A stretch of DNA of 47,494 nt from Candidatus Rifleibacteriota bacterium (GCA_051747585.1 JBNJGH010000013.1:1-47494); one strand, 5' to 3'; counted from the first letter of the stretch, positions 28,201-37,133 are shown. The notes: generated from the letters alone by a model not told the origin. Numbers and translations are program-made.

Positions 28201-29078
28201 GTTGCAGTTGTATCTGTGTCAGGCGCTTCCCAGGTAGAGGTTTTTGAGCCGCTTATAGCAGTGGTAAAAGTGCCTGTGGTTGCTGACCACTCGTAATTTA
28301 AGCTGTCGCCATTGGGATCGTTTGCTTTACCGGTCAAATATACTCTTGATCTTTTGTAGACTTCGTAGTCGTTAGCAACTAATGAAACAACAGGGGCACG
28401 GTTGTCATCGCTGGTAGATGTTAAAGTATGCTCTATGACCAGAGGGTTTTCGGTTTCAAAATCATGTTGAAAGGTTTCAGTATGGCGCCCGCTCAAAGTT
28501 ATTTTAAGCTCAGCCGTTTCATTATCAGGCATCAGCGGAGAAGTTATAATTCCATCGCCATCGGTATCTGACTTTGTTTCACCCCAGATGGTGAGACTTC
28601 CGCCAGGGAGGGAATTTCCGCTTGTGTCTAAAAGGCTTACTTTAACATGACTGTTGGCTTCTTTAAGATATGCCGGATCTTCCATTTCTATCATTGAGTT
28701 AGAAAAAGTGACTGTCTGAGTCGCAGTTCTTAACTTAAAAACTCTGTTGGAGCTTTCTAGCACAGCAATTAATCTGTGGCTGCCTTCGGTTACCGCTAAA
28801 GAAAATTGGCCATTATCATCGGTTGTAGTTGTAACAGATGGATTGGATTCCAGATAAACTCTAACTCCAGGCGCAGGCACAGTTGCTTTTCTTATATTTT
28901 TTCCCGAGCTTAAAAGATTCTTGTAATCGTCATCTATTTTAATTGTTCCAGATATTTCATAGCTCCTGGCCGGTATCGGATCTGAGGATGAGCCGCCGCT
29001 ACAGCCAAAAAAGACCATTGTGCCTACCAGGGCGCAAGCGAGCAACATAATACTGGTGTTGCGATATTTATCTGACAT
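25296..29078 (-). CDS. Large lipoprotein with carboxypeptidase-regulatory-like, repeated Ig/PKD-like and C-terminal NHL-like beta-propeller domains
   Basis: Lipobox FFGC followed by SGGSS linker; repeats N..P.V.I.SP...F.G...D.EDG....W; DNGNNRI and G.G.GEFNGP NHL-like motifs. Confidence 0.8.
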   Translation of the reverse strand: MSDKYRNTSIMLLACALVGTMVFFGCSGGSSSDPIPARSYEISGTIKIDDDYKNLLSSGKNIRKATVPAPGVRVYLESNPSVTTTTDDNGQFSLAVTEGSHRLIAVLESSNRVFKLRTATQTVTFSNSMIEMEDPAYLKEANSHVKVSLLDTSGNSLPGGSLTIWGETKSDTDGDGIITSPLMPDNETAELKITLSGRHTETFQHDFETENPLVIEHTLTSTSDDNRAPVVSLVANDYEVYKRSRVYLTGKANDPNGDSLNYEWSATTGTFTTAISGSKTSTWEAPDTDTTATITFKAIDPSGLNSSAKVTIKIGAGGIANNLPELSNIFANASTTIYLSPSTSYVLSSDASDKDDDELTYNWTADTGSLSSSTVETPEWTTPSTNQDAKITLEVSDGEGEPVSISKTFRVTDNPNPDENQAPIVNISSPAENSIHIPGYVNFAGSVNDPEDGTINGNDFSWTITGPSAFNESSSGSSFNLSITNPGTYTVTLSAPDSEGLSNQDSVDFRINSKPVATINSPLDDSVFLKDAAVTFSGSATDVEDGNIDGTDLIWIFPNSTKTGSSQIISNLNPGTNTIKLKAKDSLNVYSDEASITVYIDSPPTITNIKPTSGSDYLTSDPIPFEVSINDADEQIATASIVWTASGTTLGNGYKLDVSTLSAGTYDVKVMVTDTQGQSASDTTRVIINPRPTMAISSPANGSYLFPDTELTFSGSGTTESGTVASSTMIWEDGFGGATSTLKTSVAEFKHTFTNKLGKHVIRLSGEDQYGNSSYTQHIIYVNATPTVTIDSPASGTRFDSGETITFKAIPTDEDPTDSLSIRWLDGGVSGTEVGTGEEYSTSTLASGNHNIFCEVTDQQGITNVASISVLVNTLPTGTLSWSTPQYATAPGDIPVFLSNSQLLSIDFSIDTFDEEIGDTIESYEPENIKWYCPETQLIGTGRTLSHELPLGVSTITVRIYDSMYPEFTNQASATYSTSVGVWESTTYDFGTNNLLSDGRFIQGQGTGDATLYITFNNANQPRVRKYSYNDDVGAHYFTQADNYDLVATASFVDALAAVPVSGDITVLGSDGTEKILRYEDENTQPTYNPGLNLASSISSNDTLIYISNTGNNTIITVNPDTENQTSSISQANNVSFNNPYRLRYSNEDYGQVFVTDNGNNRIVVYEDPSPANPYSVTADSPYDVAFTDSYIMSLSQNNSNITLYEPLNQKELMTFGGDGTGAGEFNGPVSIFCTGKDLFILESTRLQIIRSGESDWIHP

Positions 29079-29117
29079 ACTAGATTAATCCCCCATTGAT
29101 TATACTTTAACGACGCT

Positions 29118-29147
29118 ATTATCAACTGAATCGGGAGTGTATGTCAA
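29118..29147 (-). promoter_or_regulatory. Putative sigma70 promoter of the lipoprotein gene
   Basis: Minus strand TTGACA-N18-GATAAT. Confidence 0.5.
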
Positions 29148-29183
29148 CAGTTAGGCGGCAAAAAAGCCTTATTTTTTGAAAAA

Positions 29184-29951
29184 TTATTGGAAAATCGAAA
29201 AAACCGTCGATTCGTAATTAAAGAGTTCTTCAAAAATAACCCTGAATAGATTTTGCCTGGTAAAACGGTGGAGATTTTCAGATGATCCGGAAAATCTTGC
29301 TTTTGCCATTTCTGTTGCTTCTTGCACCAGGTGCATATCATCTTTTTGTTCGTCATTAAAATGTTTCAATACCCGAAAATAAAAAGGTATCAAGGCACAG
29401 CCTACAATCTGGCAATAGACACCCAGCCTTATGTTGGCAAATTCAGAGAGATTTTGCGGCGTCAGTGTCTGATCAAAAAAATCTGCTTGAGCTTTTTGAA
29501 TTTCTTCTTTTGGTATCTCGTAATTATTGAGTTTGCTAAGTTTAATCTTCCCTGAAAAATTTTTTACCGAAAACTTACCTATCCCGAAGCCGCTGGCAGC
29601 AACCCCGTTTATTATGCTTACTAATCCGGGCAGGCCCGGTTCGTATTCAAGAAAAGTGATGAAAAGTCCTTTAAGAAGCTTGGCTTTGGTTTTATCTATG
29701 GCAGGTAAATGCTTTTGGGTTATAAATTCGATTTCATCGTTGATAGGGGTTTTGTCGAATTTTAAATTTATAATATGCTTCAAAAACTTTACCAGGTTGA
29801 CTGCTTTTAGACCCGGTGATAACTCTTCATCTATTTTAAACTCTGCAAACTTTCGGCAAATAAGCTCGAGCTCATCTTCATTGATCTCAAGTTTCAAGGC
29901 GAGCTTTGCCGGCCCCTGTGGTTGATAATTTACATTTTCCGCCAGATTCAT
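29184..29951 (-). CDS. Hypothetical protein (255 aa)
   Basis: Open frame filling the gap, co-oriented with neighbours, AGAGGA-type RBS; no motif recognised. Confidence 0.7.
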   Translation of the reverse strand: MNLAENVNYQPQGPAKLALKLEINEDELELICRKFAEFKIDEELSPGLKAVNLVKFLKHIINLKFDKTPINDEIEFITQKHLPAIDKTKAKLLKGLFITFLEYEPGLPGLVSIINGVAASGFGIGKFSVKNFSGKIKLSKLNNYEIPKEEIQKAQADFFDQTLTPQNLSEFANIRLGVYCQIVGCALIPFYFRVLKHFNDEQKDDMHLVQEATEMAKARFSGSSENLHRFTRQNLFRVIFEELFNYESTVFSIFQ

Positions 29952-30028
29952 TCCTATATCCTCTGAAAATCTTTTCTTTTAATACTTTCAACAATAAAAT
30001 ATTTTAAATTCACTTATTATGCAACCAT

Positions 30029-30063
30029 AAAAAAACTACCCCTTAAAAAAGAGGTAGTTTTTT
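30029..30063 (-). terminator. Intrinsic terminator after the EF-G-like gene
   Basis: aaaaaactacc...ggtagtttttt inverted repeat 20 nt past the stop codon. Confidence 0.75.
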
Positions 30064-30083
30064 GTTTTTTTACTAAATAGTTA

Positions 30084-32165
30084 TCAGGCTTCTGCTTCTT
30101 CTTCCGTTTTGTATTCTTTAATAACGTTTTCAGTAACATTGGCCGGAACTTCTTCGTAAGTGCTGAAGTTCATGGAAAAGTCAGCTCTGGATTGTGTCAT
30201 AGATTTCAGGTCGGTCGCATATTTATACATTTCAGCCAATGGGACCAGTGCCTTAACAACTTGGTTGCCTTCGTTGGGTTCCATTCCGAGTATTCTGCCA
30301 CGGCGTGAGTTCAAATCACCGATAATTGAGCCCATATATTCGTCTGGAACTTCAACCGCTACTTCGTATATAGGTTCAAGCAGAATGGGTTTGGCTTCTA
30401 CAATACCTTTTTTGAAGGCAAGGCTTGCTGCAACTTTAAATGCCATTTCTGAAGAGTCTACGTCATGGTAAGAGCCAAAGTCTAGGATTGCCTTGAAGTT
30501 GATGGTCGGGAATCCGGCTAGAACGCCTTTTCGTCTTGCTTCCTGCAAACCTTTTTCGACTGCAGGAATATAGCCTTTTGGCACAACTCCGCCGACGATT
30601 TCATCGACAAATTCAAATTCAACACCCGGGTTAGGCTCAAAGCGAATGGTTACGTCACCATACTGACCACGTCCGCCGGATTGTTTTTTATGTTTGCCCT
30701 GAACTCTGGATTTTCCCTTGATTGTTTCTCTATAAGGGATTTTTGGTTTGGTAATATCTACATCAACGCCCCATCTTGCTTTAAGCTTGCTGATTGCTAC
30801 ATCTATATGGGTGTCACCAAGGCCCGAGAGCAGTCCCTGGCTGAGTTCCGGATCAAATTTGTAGGTTAAAACACCGTCATCGTTGCAGAGAGTAAATAAT
30901 CCTGTTCCCATTTTTTCCTGATCTTGTTTTGTTCTCGGGTTAACTGCATAGGTGAGTTTGGGATCAGGAAGTCCGGGTACATCAATTACCAAGGGGTTGC
31001 TTTTTTCGCAAAGCGTGTGGCCCCTGCTGGTGTACTTGGGTTTAACCAGAACAGCGATATCGCCGGCTACGATGCTCTCGAGATCAATTTTAGTTTTGCC
31101 TCTAAGTGTTGAAAATGAGCTGAATCGTTCAAAGTTCTCAGCGGCCGGGTTAAAATATTCAGTGCCGGTTTTGAATGTCCCGCTAACTGCTCTTAGATAA
31201 ATCATATCGCCGGCTTGTTCATTAATTTTCTTGAAAATAAAACCTGCTGTAGGTCCATCAGGGTTTACTTCGAGCTTGACTTCTTCTTCAGAGTCAGGTT
31301 TGTGTGCCGGTAAAAGGCGGGATTCGTTGGGGGCGGGGCAGCAATTGATAATAAAATCGAGTAACTGCTCTGTTCCAATATTTTTAAGTGACATGCCGCT
31401 TATAAGAGGTTTAATTTCATTGTTGGAAATGCCGGTTTTGATTGCAGCCTTGAGTTCTTCGTTGCTGAGCTCTTCGCTTTCGAAAAATTTGTTCAAAAGT
31501 TTTTCGTCACATTCAACAATTGATTCTATCATCGGTTCGCGAAGACTATCTACAAGGTCTTTTTGATCGGCCGGAATATCCTGCACTTCAAAAGTTTTAC
31601 CTTTTGGATCGGTAAAAGCATAGGCTTTGAGGTTCAAAAGATCGATGACACCTTTGAGATTTTCATGGGTGCCCCAGGGAATGATCAAAGGAGTGATTTT
31701 ACTGTCAAATTCTTTTAATTCATCAAGAATCTTAGTGAGATTGATGTTTTCTTTGTCGAGTTTGCTTAAGTAAACAAATCTTGGCACATTGTTCTGGTCA
31801 AGTATTTTCCAGTTCTTTTCAGCGCCCACTTCAAGGCCTGATGCTGCGCTTATAACAACCACAGCTACGTCAACGGCTCCAACAATTTTATGTACTTCAC
31901 CGAGAAAATCGTCAAAACCTGGCGCATCAAGAAGATTAATTTTGTGGTCTTTATATTCAAGCGCTGCCAGAGAAGTGCTGATGGTTGATCGTCTTTTCAT
32001 TTCTTCTGGGTCATAATTCATCACCGAAGAGTCATCATCCACTTTTCCTATTCGCGAATTTGCTCCGGTATGAAAAAGAGCGGCCTCGGCAACAGATGTC
32101 TTGCCTGAGCCTCCGTGGCCAAAAAGACCGATGTTGCGAATTTTTTCGGTGGTATAAAGTTTCAT
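30084..32165 (-). CDS. fusA: Elongation factor G paralog (EF-G2 type)
   Basis: IRNIGLFGHGGSGKT, DAPGFDDF, KKQSGGRGQYG, GSYHDVDSSEMAF, LLEPI; stands alone outside an str operon. Confidence 0.93.
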   Translation of the reverse strand: MKLYTTEKIRNIGLFGHGGSGKTSVAEAALFHTGANSRIGKVDDDSSVMNYDPEEMKRRSTISTSLAALEYKDHKINLLDAPGFDDFLGEVHKIVGAVDVAVVVISAASGLEVGAEKNWKILDQNNVPRFVYLSKLDKENINLTKILDELKEFDSKITPLIIPWGTHENLKGVIDLLNLKAYAFTDPKGKTFEVQDIPADQKDLVDSLREPMIESIVECDEKLLNKFFESEELSNEELKAAIKTGISNNEIKPLISGMSLKNIGTEQLLDFIINCCPAPNESRLLPAHKPDSEEEVKLEVNPDGPTAGFIFKKINEQAGDMIYLRAVSGTFKTGTEYFNPAAENFERFSSFSTLRGKTKIDLESIVAGDIAVLVKPKYTSRGHTLCEKSNPLVIDVPGLPDPKLTYAVNPRTKQDQEKMGTGLFTLCNDDGVLTYKFDPELSQGLLSGLGDTHIDVAISKLKARWGVDVDITKPKIPYRETIKGKSRVQGKHKKQSGGRGQYGDVTIRFEPNPGVEFEFVDEIVGGVVPKGYIPAVEKGLQEARRKGVLAGFPTINFKAILDFGSYHDVDSSEMAFKVAASLAFKKGIVEAKPILLEPIYEVAVEVPDEYMGSIIGDLNSRRGRILGMEPNEGNQVVKALVPLAEMYKYATDLKSMTQSRADFSMNFSTYEEVPANVTENVIKEYKTEEEAEA

Positions 32166-32311
32166 GTTCTTCTCCTAACATACATACTGTAAAAGGGGTG
32201 AGTGAGAATTTATCTGCTATTTATACAGGAAAATTGTTATAATTGCAATCAATTAATATTAGTTGCAAAAAATATAAACAATTGATAAAAAGAGCGCTAG
32301 GAGTATCTGAA

Positions 32312-34342
32312 ATGAAAAATTTACATAGAATAATTATTGCCTCGTTTTTACTGCTTTTCATAAATTCTTGTCTGTTTGCCGCCCGTTTTGATAACAATCT
32401 CAGTCGAATTTCATCTCTGCGAAAAAACAAAAAATATGACTTATTAGTAAAATTTCTTGAACGAAACAAATCTTCTGCAGATCTTTCAGATTTACGCTTG
32501 TTTCTTCTTGCAGAGGCAAATAAAGAAGCTGGCAATAAAAAACAGGCTCTAAAGTATTATAATAAGTTACTTGCCGGTTACCCCTCCACTGAATCTGCAT
32601 ACAGAGCAAGATTGCCACATTTTTTATTGAAGCTTAAGGTTGATGGCAGGCAGAAGTTGATACAACTCGAGGGGCTGGCTAAAACGCTTCCGACTTCCTG
32701 GCAGCGAGGCACTGCATTCGCTCGCCTTGCCGAGCAAGATTATGTAAGTTCGAGTAGAAAAGCACGTTTTCTGCTGAAATCTCTAAGGGAATTTCATTCC
32801 GAAAAACCTTTTTATAAAAAAATTGAAGATTCTCATGAAGTAATAGAAGAACTACTTAAAAATGTATCTAAATATAGGCTTTCTGACGACGAATGGCTTG
32901 AAGTATTCGTCTATGCGGCGGATGAGGGCCTTGTTCATAAATTTTTTACGCCCGGCTGGGAAAAATCACGCAACTTGCTGGGCAAGCATGGCCTGGCTAT
33001 GCTCGAAATTTTCAGAGCTGTTTCCCTGGCGGAAAAAAAACGCCTTTCTCGAGCTGATAAGATTTTAACCCGCTTAATAGGCTCGTCACCATTAAATTCC
33101 ACGGTAAAAGGTTATGCGTTGCAGCACCGTGCTTATTTGAATTATGGAGCCTTGAAATATGAGAAGGCGCGAGCTGATTATTTCGGAGCGCTGAAAATTG
33201 CAAAGTATCCGGTTAATAGCCGGGCTTGCCTCTACCGTTTAATGAGAAGTTCGTTTAATTTAAAAAAAGATTCTGAAGTTCTTGAGTTGCTGGGGAGGCT
33301 TTTAAGAGAAGGAGAGCCAGAATCACTCCTGCCATATCATATCTATCATATGGCTCTTGAAAACTATGATAATAAACGATACCAGGCTGCAGTTCCATTG
33401 TTTATGTTTCTTACCCGTAATTTTCCAGGCTATTATCGTGCCGATGATGCTATAGGGTACTCCATAAAAGCTGCAGGCTCTCGCACTGATGAGGGAAAAG
33501 CGCTTGTCAAAATTTTGCGCAACAAATACCCGAACTCATTCTTTATCTACTGGTTGGCACCTCAATATAAAGACGCAGCATTGCCCAGCTCAGTTAAAGA
33601 AACGGGAACAGTTCCCTCAGAGGCGTTAAGAAGAATAGCAGCCTGGAAAAAACTGTGGAAATCGGATTTTGCTGACTTTGCACGTGAAGAGGCTCGAAAG
33701 CTGACAAATAAATATCCTGTCAACTTTCCTCTGTTCAAAAGAATTATAACTATTTGTGAAGACAATCGCGATTATGCTCAGCTTACTGCCTATGGAGAAA
33801 GGCTGGCCAGACAAATTCTCGAAGAAGGTGGCTCGCTTAAACAAATGCCCTTGTGGGCCTGGCGGGCATATTACCCTAAGGCCTATTTTAATCTGGTTAA
33901 CAAAAATGCAAAAAAATATAAAATTGATCCTTACTGGATACTTTCAATTATGCGCGAAGAAAGTCATTTTAAAACAGACACTCTTTCACGCAGTAATGCT
34001 ATGGGTCTAATGCAAATTCTTCCGCCAACCGGAAAATGGATCGGACAAAAAGTAGGTCATAGAAATTTTCGCAAGAGCCGGCTCTGGCGTCCGGAAATAA
34101 ACATAAAATTTGGCAGCTGGTATTTAAGTTACCTTAAAAAATTGTTTAATGGTGATCTATTCCTGGCGTCTGCTTCATACAATGGGGGACAGGGTAATAT
34201 ACAAAGAAAGGTCGAGCAAGGACCTTATAAAAACCTTGGGGTTCTAGAGAGACTTGACCACGTGCCTATGTCAGAAACCCGAGACTACTACAAAAAGGTT
34301 ATGGGAAGTTACTGGAACTATCTTCGCCTCTACAAACAGTAG
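32312..34342 (+). CDS. Soluble lytic transglycosylase (Slt70-like, TPR/helical N-terminus)
   Basis: Signal peptide from ATG 32312 (AGGAG RBS); IMREESHF, SNAMGLMQILP, ASYNGG, ETRDYYKKV SLT motifs. Confidence 0.92.
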   Translation: MKNLHRIIIASFLLLFINSCLFAARFDNNLSRISSLRKNKKYDLLVKFLERNKSSADLSDLRLFLLAEANKEAGNKKQALKYYNKLLAGYPSTESAYRARLPHFLLKLKVDGRQKLIQLEGLAKTLPTSWQRGTAFARLAEQDYVSSSRKARFLLKSLREFHSEKPFYKKIEDSHEVIEELLKNVSKYRLSDDEWLEVFVYAADEGLVHKFFTPGWEKSRNLLGKHGLAMLEIFRAVSLAEKKRLSRADKILTRLIGSSPLNSTVKGYALQHRAYLNYGALKYEKARADYFGALKIAKYPVNSRACLYRLMRSSFNLKKDSEVLELLGRLLREGEPESLLPYHIYHMALENYDNKRYQAAVPLFMFLTRNFPGYYRADDAIGYSIKAAGSRTDEGKALVKILRNKYPNSFFIYWLAPQYKDAALPSSVKETGTVPSEALRRIAAWKKLWKSDFADFAREEARKLTNKYPVNFPLFKRIITICEDNRDYAQLTAYGERLARQILEEGGSLKQMPLWAWRAYYPKAYFNLVNKNAKKYKIDPYWILSIMREESHFKTDTLSRSNAMGLMQILPPTGKWIGQKVGHRNFRKSRLWRPEINIKFGSWYLSYLKKLFNGDLFLASASYNGGQGNIQRKVEQGPYKNLGVLERLDHVPMSETRDYYKKVMGSYWNYLRLYKQ

Positions 34343-34387
34343 GGGCGGACCACTTGCCCGCCCGCATTAGCGGCGTCATTGCGAGCC
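34339..34387 (+). repeat. GTAG-type REP-like palindrome plus partial family B core
   Basis: gtaggggcggaccacttgcccgccc resembles 46212-46237; cgtcattgcgag at 34374. Confidence 0.7.
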
Positions 34388-34554
34388 TTCGTGCTCGCGC
34401 TCAGGGCCGAAATCTTCGACTTCTTCCCTTTTCGAGCCATTGGTCGTCCTGCCAGATTTTCATTAGCGAAAAAACGGTCTTGCTTAGTAAAAATCCACTG
34501 CCGACTGAAAAACTTAGCAGATAGAAAATTTCTTTTGCTGTTTCACTCATAATT

Positions 34555-34776
34555 TTATAGCAGGTGGGTATTGTCGTTCAGGTAACCTGAAACCTGAGGA
34601 CTTGAGCTTTCTTCAAGTTCGCTCAGCCATTTAAGAACACTGTCAGCTCTGAATCTTACAGAGCGCCCGATTTTGACTGTGGGCAGCCCCATCTTTCTAA
34701 GTGTGTATATTGTATTTCTCTTTACCTGTAGGAATTCCATTAACTCAGGTATGGTCATGAGGCTTTCTTTCTTCAT
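34555..34776 (-). CDS. Small helix-turn-helix protein, excisionase/HTH_17 family
   Basis: MTIPELMEFLQVKRNTIY...LPTVKIGRSVRF..DSVLKWL; GGAGGT RBS. Confidence 0.85.
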   Translation of the reverse strand: MKKESLMTIPELMEFLQVKRNTIYTLRKMGLPTVKIGRSVRFRADSVLKWLSELEESSSPQVSGYLNDNTHLL

Positions 34777-34824
34777 GCAGGTTACCTCCGCTGTTTTTAG
34801 GTCTGAAAATCTTTCGTAACATTT

Positions 34825-34851
34825 TTATCGTCTAAAAGAGCTAAATGATTA
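34825..34851 (-). promoter_or_regulatory. Putative sigma28-like promoter of the HTH gene
   Basis: Minus strand TAAT-N15-GACGATAA. Confidence 0.5.
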
Positions 34852-34888
34852 AGGATTAAATTTTTTTTATAAAAATTAAAAAAATTAC

Positions 34889-34916
34889 TAAAGTTTTCAA
34901 TAATTTGGGCCGATTA
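34889..34916 (+). promoter_or_regulatory. Putative sigma28-like promoter
   Basis: TAAA(GTTT)-N16-GCCGATTA, including the extended -35 TAAAGTTT. Confidence 0.6.
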
Positions 34917-34922
34917 ATATGT

Positions 34923-35034
34923 TGAAGTTCAAGTAAGGTTTTACTTCAAGTTTAAGTAAAATCTTATGAGGATGGACAACCAAATCCCTAACTCCCTTTC
35001 AATGTGTCGCTAACAACGGCACATTTTTTATTTT
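34923..35034 (+). ncRNA. Candidate small RNA (or attenuated leader), ~110 nt
   Basis: Promoter match, 13-bp hairpin (34934-34966), GGA motifs, CU-rich tract and intrinsic terminator; ends are approximate. Confidence 0.45.
35001..35034 (+). terminator. Intrinsic terminator
   Basis: aatgtgtcg-ctaacaa-cggcacatt followed by ttttatttt. Confidence 0.7.
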
Positions 35035-35129
35035 AGTTTGAAACTTAACAGCAAGCTCAAGACAATACAAAAAGATTGATTAAAGGCGGCTAAATCAGTT
35101 AGTATAAGTGCCAATTCACTGGAGGTAAT

Positions 35130-35483
35130 ATGTATCAGCAGTTTTCTTTTGACTCAGAAACAAGTGATCTTGTTGAAATAGTACGTTTGAAAGGATACCT
35201 CGAAGATACGGGGGGCAGCTCTCTTAAAGATTATATAGAAGAAGTTCTCGAGGCAGGCCGAACAGATTTTGCCCTGGATTTGAGCAAGATTGAGCTTATC
35301 TCAAGCCCGGGAGTTGCAGCCCTTTTAGATATCAGTACCATGATAGTAGATGATTATGCCGGTGAGATAGCTTGCTGGGGGCTTGACAAACATCATTCAA
35401 CCGTTCTTGAAATGTCGGGCTTCTTTTTTATGGCAAATCAGGTTGCCGATGAAGCAGAAGCATTGAGCTTTTTTAAAGAATAG
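35130..35483 (+). CDS. STAS-domain protein (anti-sigma factor antagonist-like)
   Basis: IVRLKGYLE, LDLSKIELISSPGVAALL, TVLEMSGF, DEAEAL; GGAGGT RBS. Confidence 0.88.
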   Translation: MYQQFSFDSETSDLVEIVRLKGYLEDTGGSSLKDYIEEVLEAGRTDFALDLSKIELISSPGVAALLDISTMIVDDYAGEIACWGLDKHHSTVLEMSGFFFMANQVADEAEALSFFKE

Positions 35484-35522
35484 ATTCTAGCTTTATTTAT
35501 AAAAATCAGGGGAGTGTAGATC

Positions 35523-37133
35523 ATGAGCCTTATAAACCAATCCGGGCCTATTAAGGTAGTTTTATTCCTACTTTTGTTTTGTTGTAGTTCGCTATTGGCG
35601 CAAAATCTTATTCCAGAACTTTTAGGCCAGGGCTTACAACTCTATTCAGCAAAGGATTATAGAGGGGCTGCCGATTACCTTGGTCAGGTGGTAGATATGC
35701 AGCCTGAACATAATCAGGCAAGGTATTATCTTGTCTTCAGCCTTTCGATGTCAGGACAACACGAAGCTTCTCTAAAACATGCCAGGTACCTTGCTAAAAA
35801 ATTTCCGCAACAAAAGCAGTATGCAAGCCTGGTAAAGCAGCTAAAAAAAACTCTGACAGATCAACAAAAGAAAAAAGCCAATAAGCAGCAGGCCCACAAT
35901 ATACCCGATGAGGTTGTTTTTGGAGGGTATGAATCACGTGCCACAGAAGTTAGAGAAGCAAAAATGGCAACCGCACCAAGGGATCTAAAGCCCGCCAGAG
36001 AGCTCACTCCACTGGAAAAAGCAATTAGAATGATAGACGAAGACCACTATGCTTCTGCAACCGCCTCTCTTGAAAATATATTGCAAAAAGAGCCTGATAA
36101 TGCCATGGCTCTTCAATATCGGGGGGTTATAGAATTTAACTCAGGCGATTATCAGAATGCAAAGAAATGGTTTAAAAAAGCCATAAAAGCAGATCCAAAA
36201 ATGTTTCAAACTCATTTCCTTCTTGGTGACTGTTATCGGGCAGAGCTCGACTATGAAAAGGCAGCAGAAGAGTTTCAAAAAGCTCTTGAAATTAAAAAAG
36301 ATGTTTTTGCACAGCTTAATTTAGCTGATTGTTTTATGGAGATGCAGGAATTTAAAAAAGCTGAAAAGATTTTTACTGAAATCATCGATAAAGACAAAAA
36401 TATTTCTGAAGCTTTGCTGGGAATGGCTCAGATAAAATTGTACAACGGCTATGTAAACGAGGCTATGCAGAAAGTAAATGAAGTTTTGACCGTTGAGCCG
36501 CAGAGTGCTCAGGCCCATTATCTTAAAGCTCGAATCCTCATGGAAAACGAACTTAATAAAGATGCTGTCGAAGAAGCAAAAATTGCCTTGAACAATTATC
36601 CGGACAATCTGCAATACAAAACTTTGTATGCTCTGGCATTGGTTCGTTCCTACCAGACAGCCAAAGGTCTCGACGAAGCTTCTCAGATTATCAAACAAAA
36701 TCCCGATTTTGTTCCTGCAAGACTTGCTATTGCAGAAGGGCTTATCATGAGCGGTGCCTATGCAGACGCCGAAGAGCATCTGCGTGAAGTAAGCAAAAAT
36801 GCTCCTCATCCACAAGTCTTTAAGCTCAGAGCTATCAAAGCAGTTAAAAATGCAGAATACGAAAAAGCCGATGAATTTTATAAGAAATACATTGAATTGG
36901 CGCAGGGGCAGCCAAAAGCTTATATGGACTACGCTGCTTTCCTTGAGACTTCTCAAAACTTTACAGATGCTTTGAAGGCTTATCAGGAAATTGCTGAAAT
37001 GTTTAAAAAAACGGCTTATGCTGAAGTTGCTTCGCGCAAGGTTGAACAGCTTGAAAGTAAGTTGTCTGCCGAGAGTGACTCCGGCCAGGGCAACACCAGC
37101 TCTGAATATCGCAAAGGTAAAGTAAAATACTAG
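35523..37133 (+). CDS. Exported tetratricopeptide repeat protein
   Basis: Signal peptide and about ten TPR-like repeats. Confidence 0.88.
   Translation: MSLINQSGPIKVVLFLLLFCCSSLLAQNLIPELLGQGLQLYSAKDYRGAADYLGQVVDMQPEHNQARYYLVFSLSMSGQHEASLKHARYLAKKFPQQKQYASLVKQLKKTLTDQQKKKANKQQAHNIPDEVVFGGYESRATEVREAKMATAPRDLKPARELTPLEKAIRMIDEDHYASATASLENILQKEPDNAMALQYRGVIEFNSGDYQNAKKWFKKAIKADPKMFQTHFLLGDCYRAELDYEKAAEEFQKALEIKKDVFAQLNLADCFMEMQEFKKAEKIFTEIIDKDKNISEALLGMAQIKLYNGYVNEAMQKVNEVLTVEPQSAQAHYLKARILMENELNKDAVEEAKIALNNYPDNLQYKTLYALALVRSYQTAKGLDEASQIIKQNPDFVPARLAIAEGLIMSGAYADAEEHLREVSKNAPHPQVFKLRAIKAVKNAEYEKADEFYKKYIELAQGQPKAYMDYAAFLETSQNFTDALKAYQEIAEMFKKTAYAEVASRKVEQLESKLSAESDSGQGNTSSEYRKGKVKY

Noticed and set aside
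34923..35034. Known riboswitch (c-di-AMP or c-di-GMP)
   Set aside because: No conserved aptamer motifs recognised by eye; kept as an sRNA candidate pending an Rfam search.
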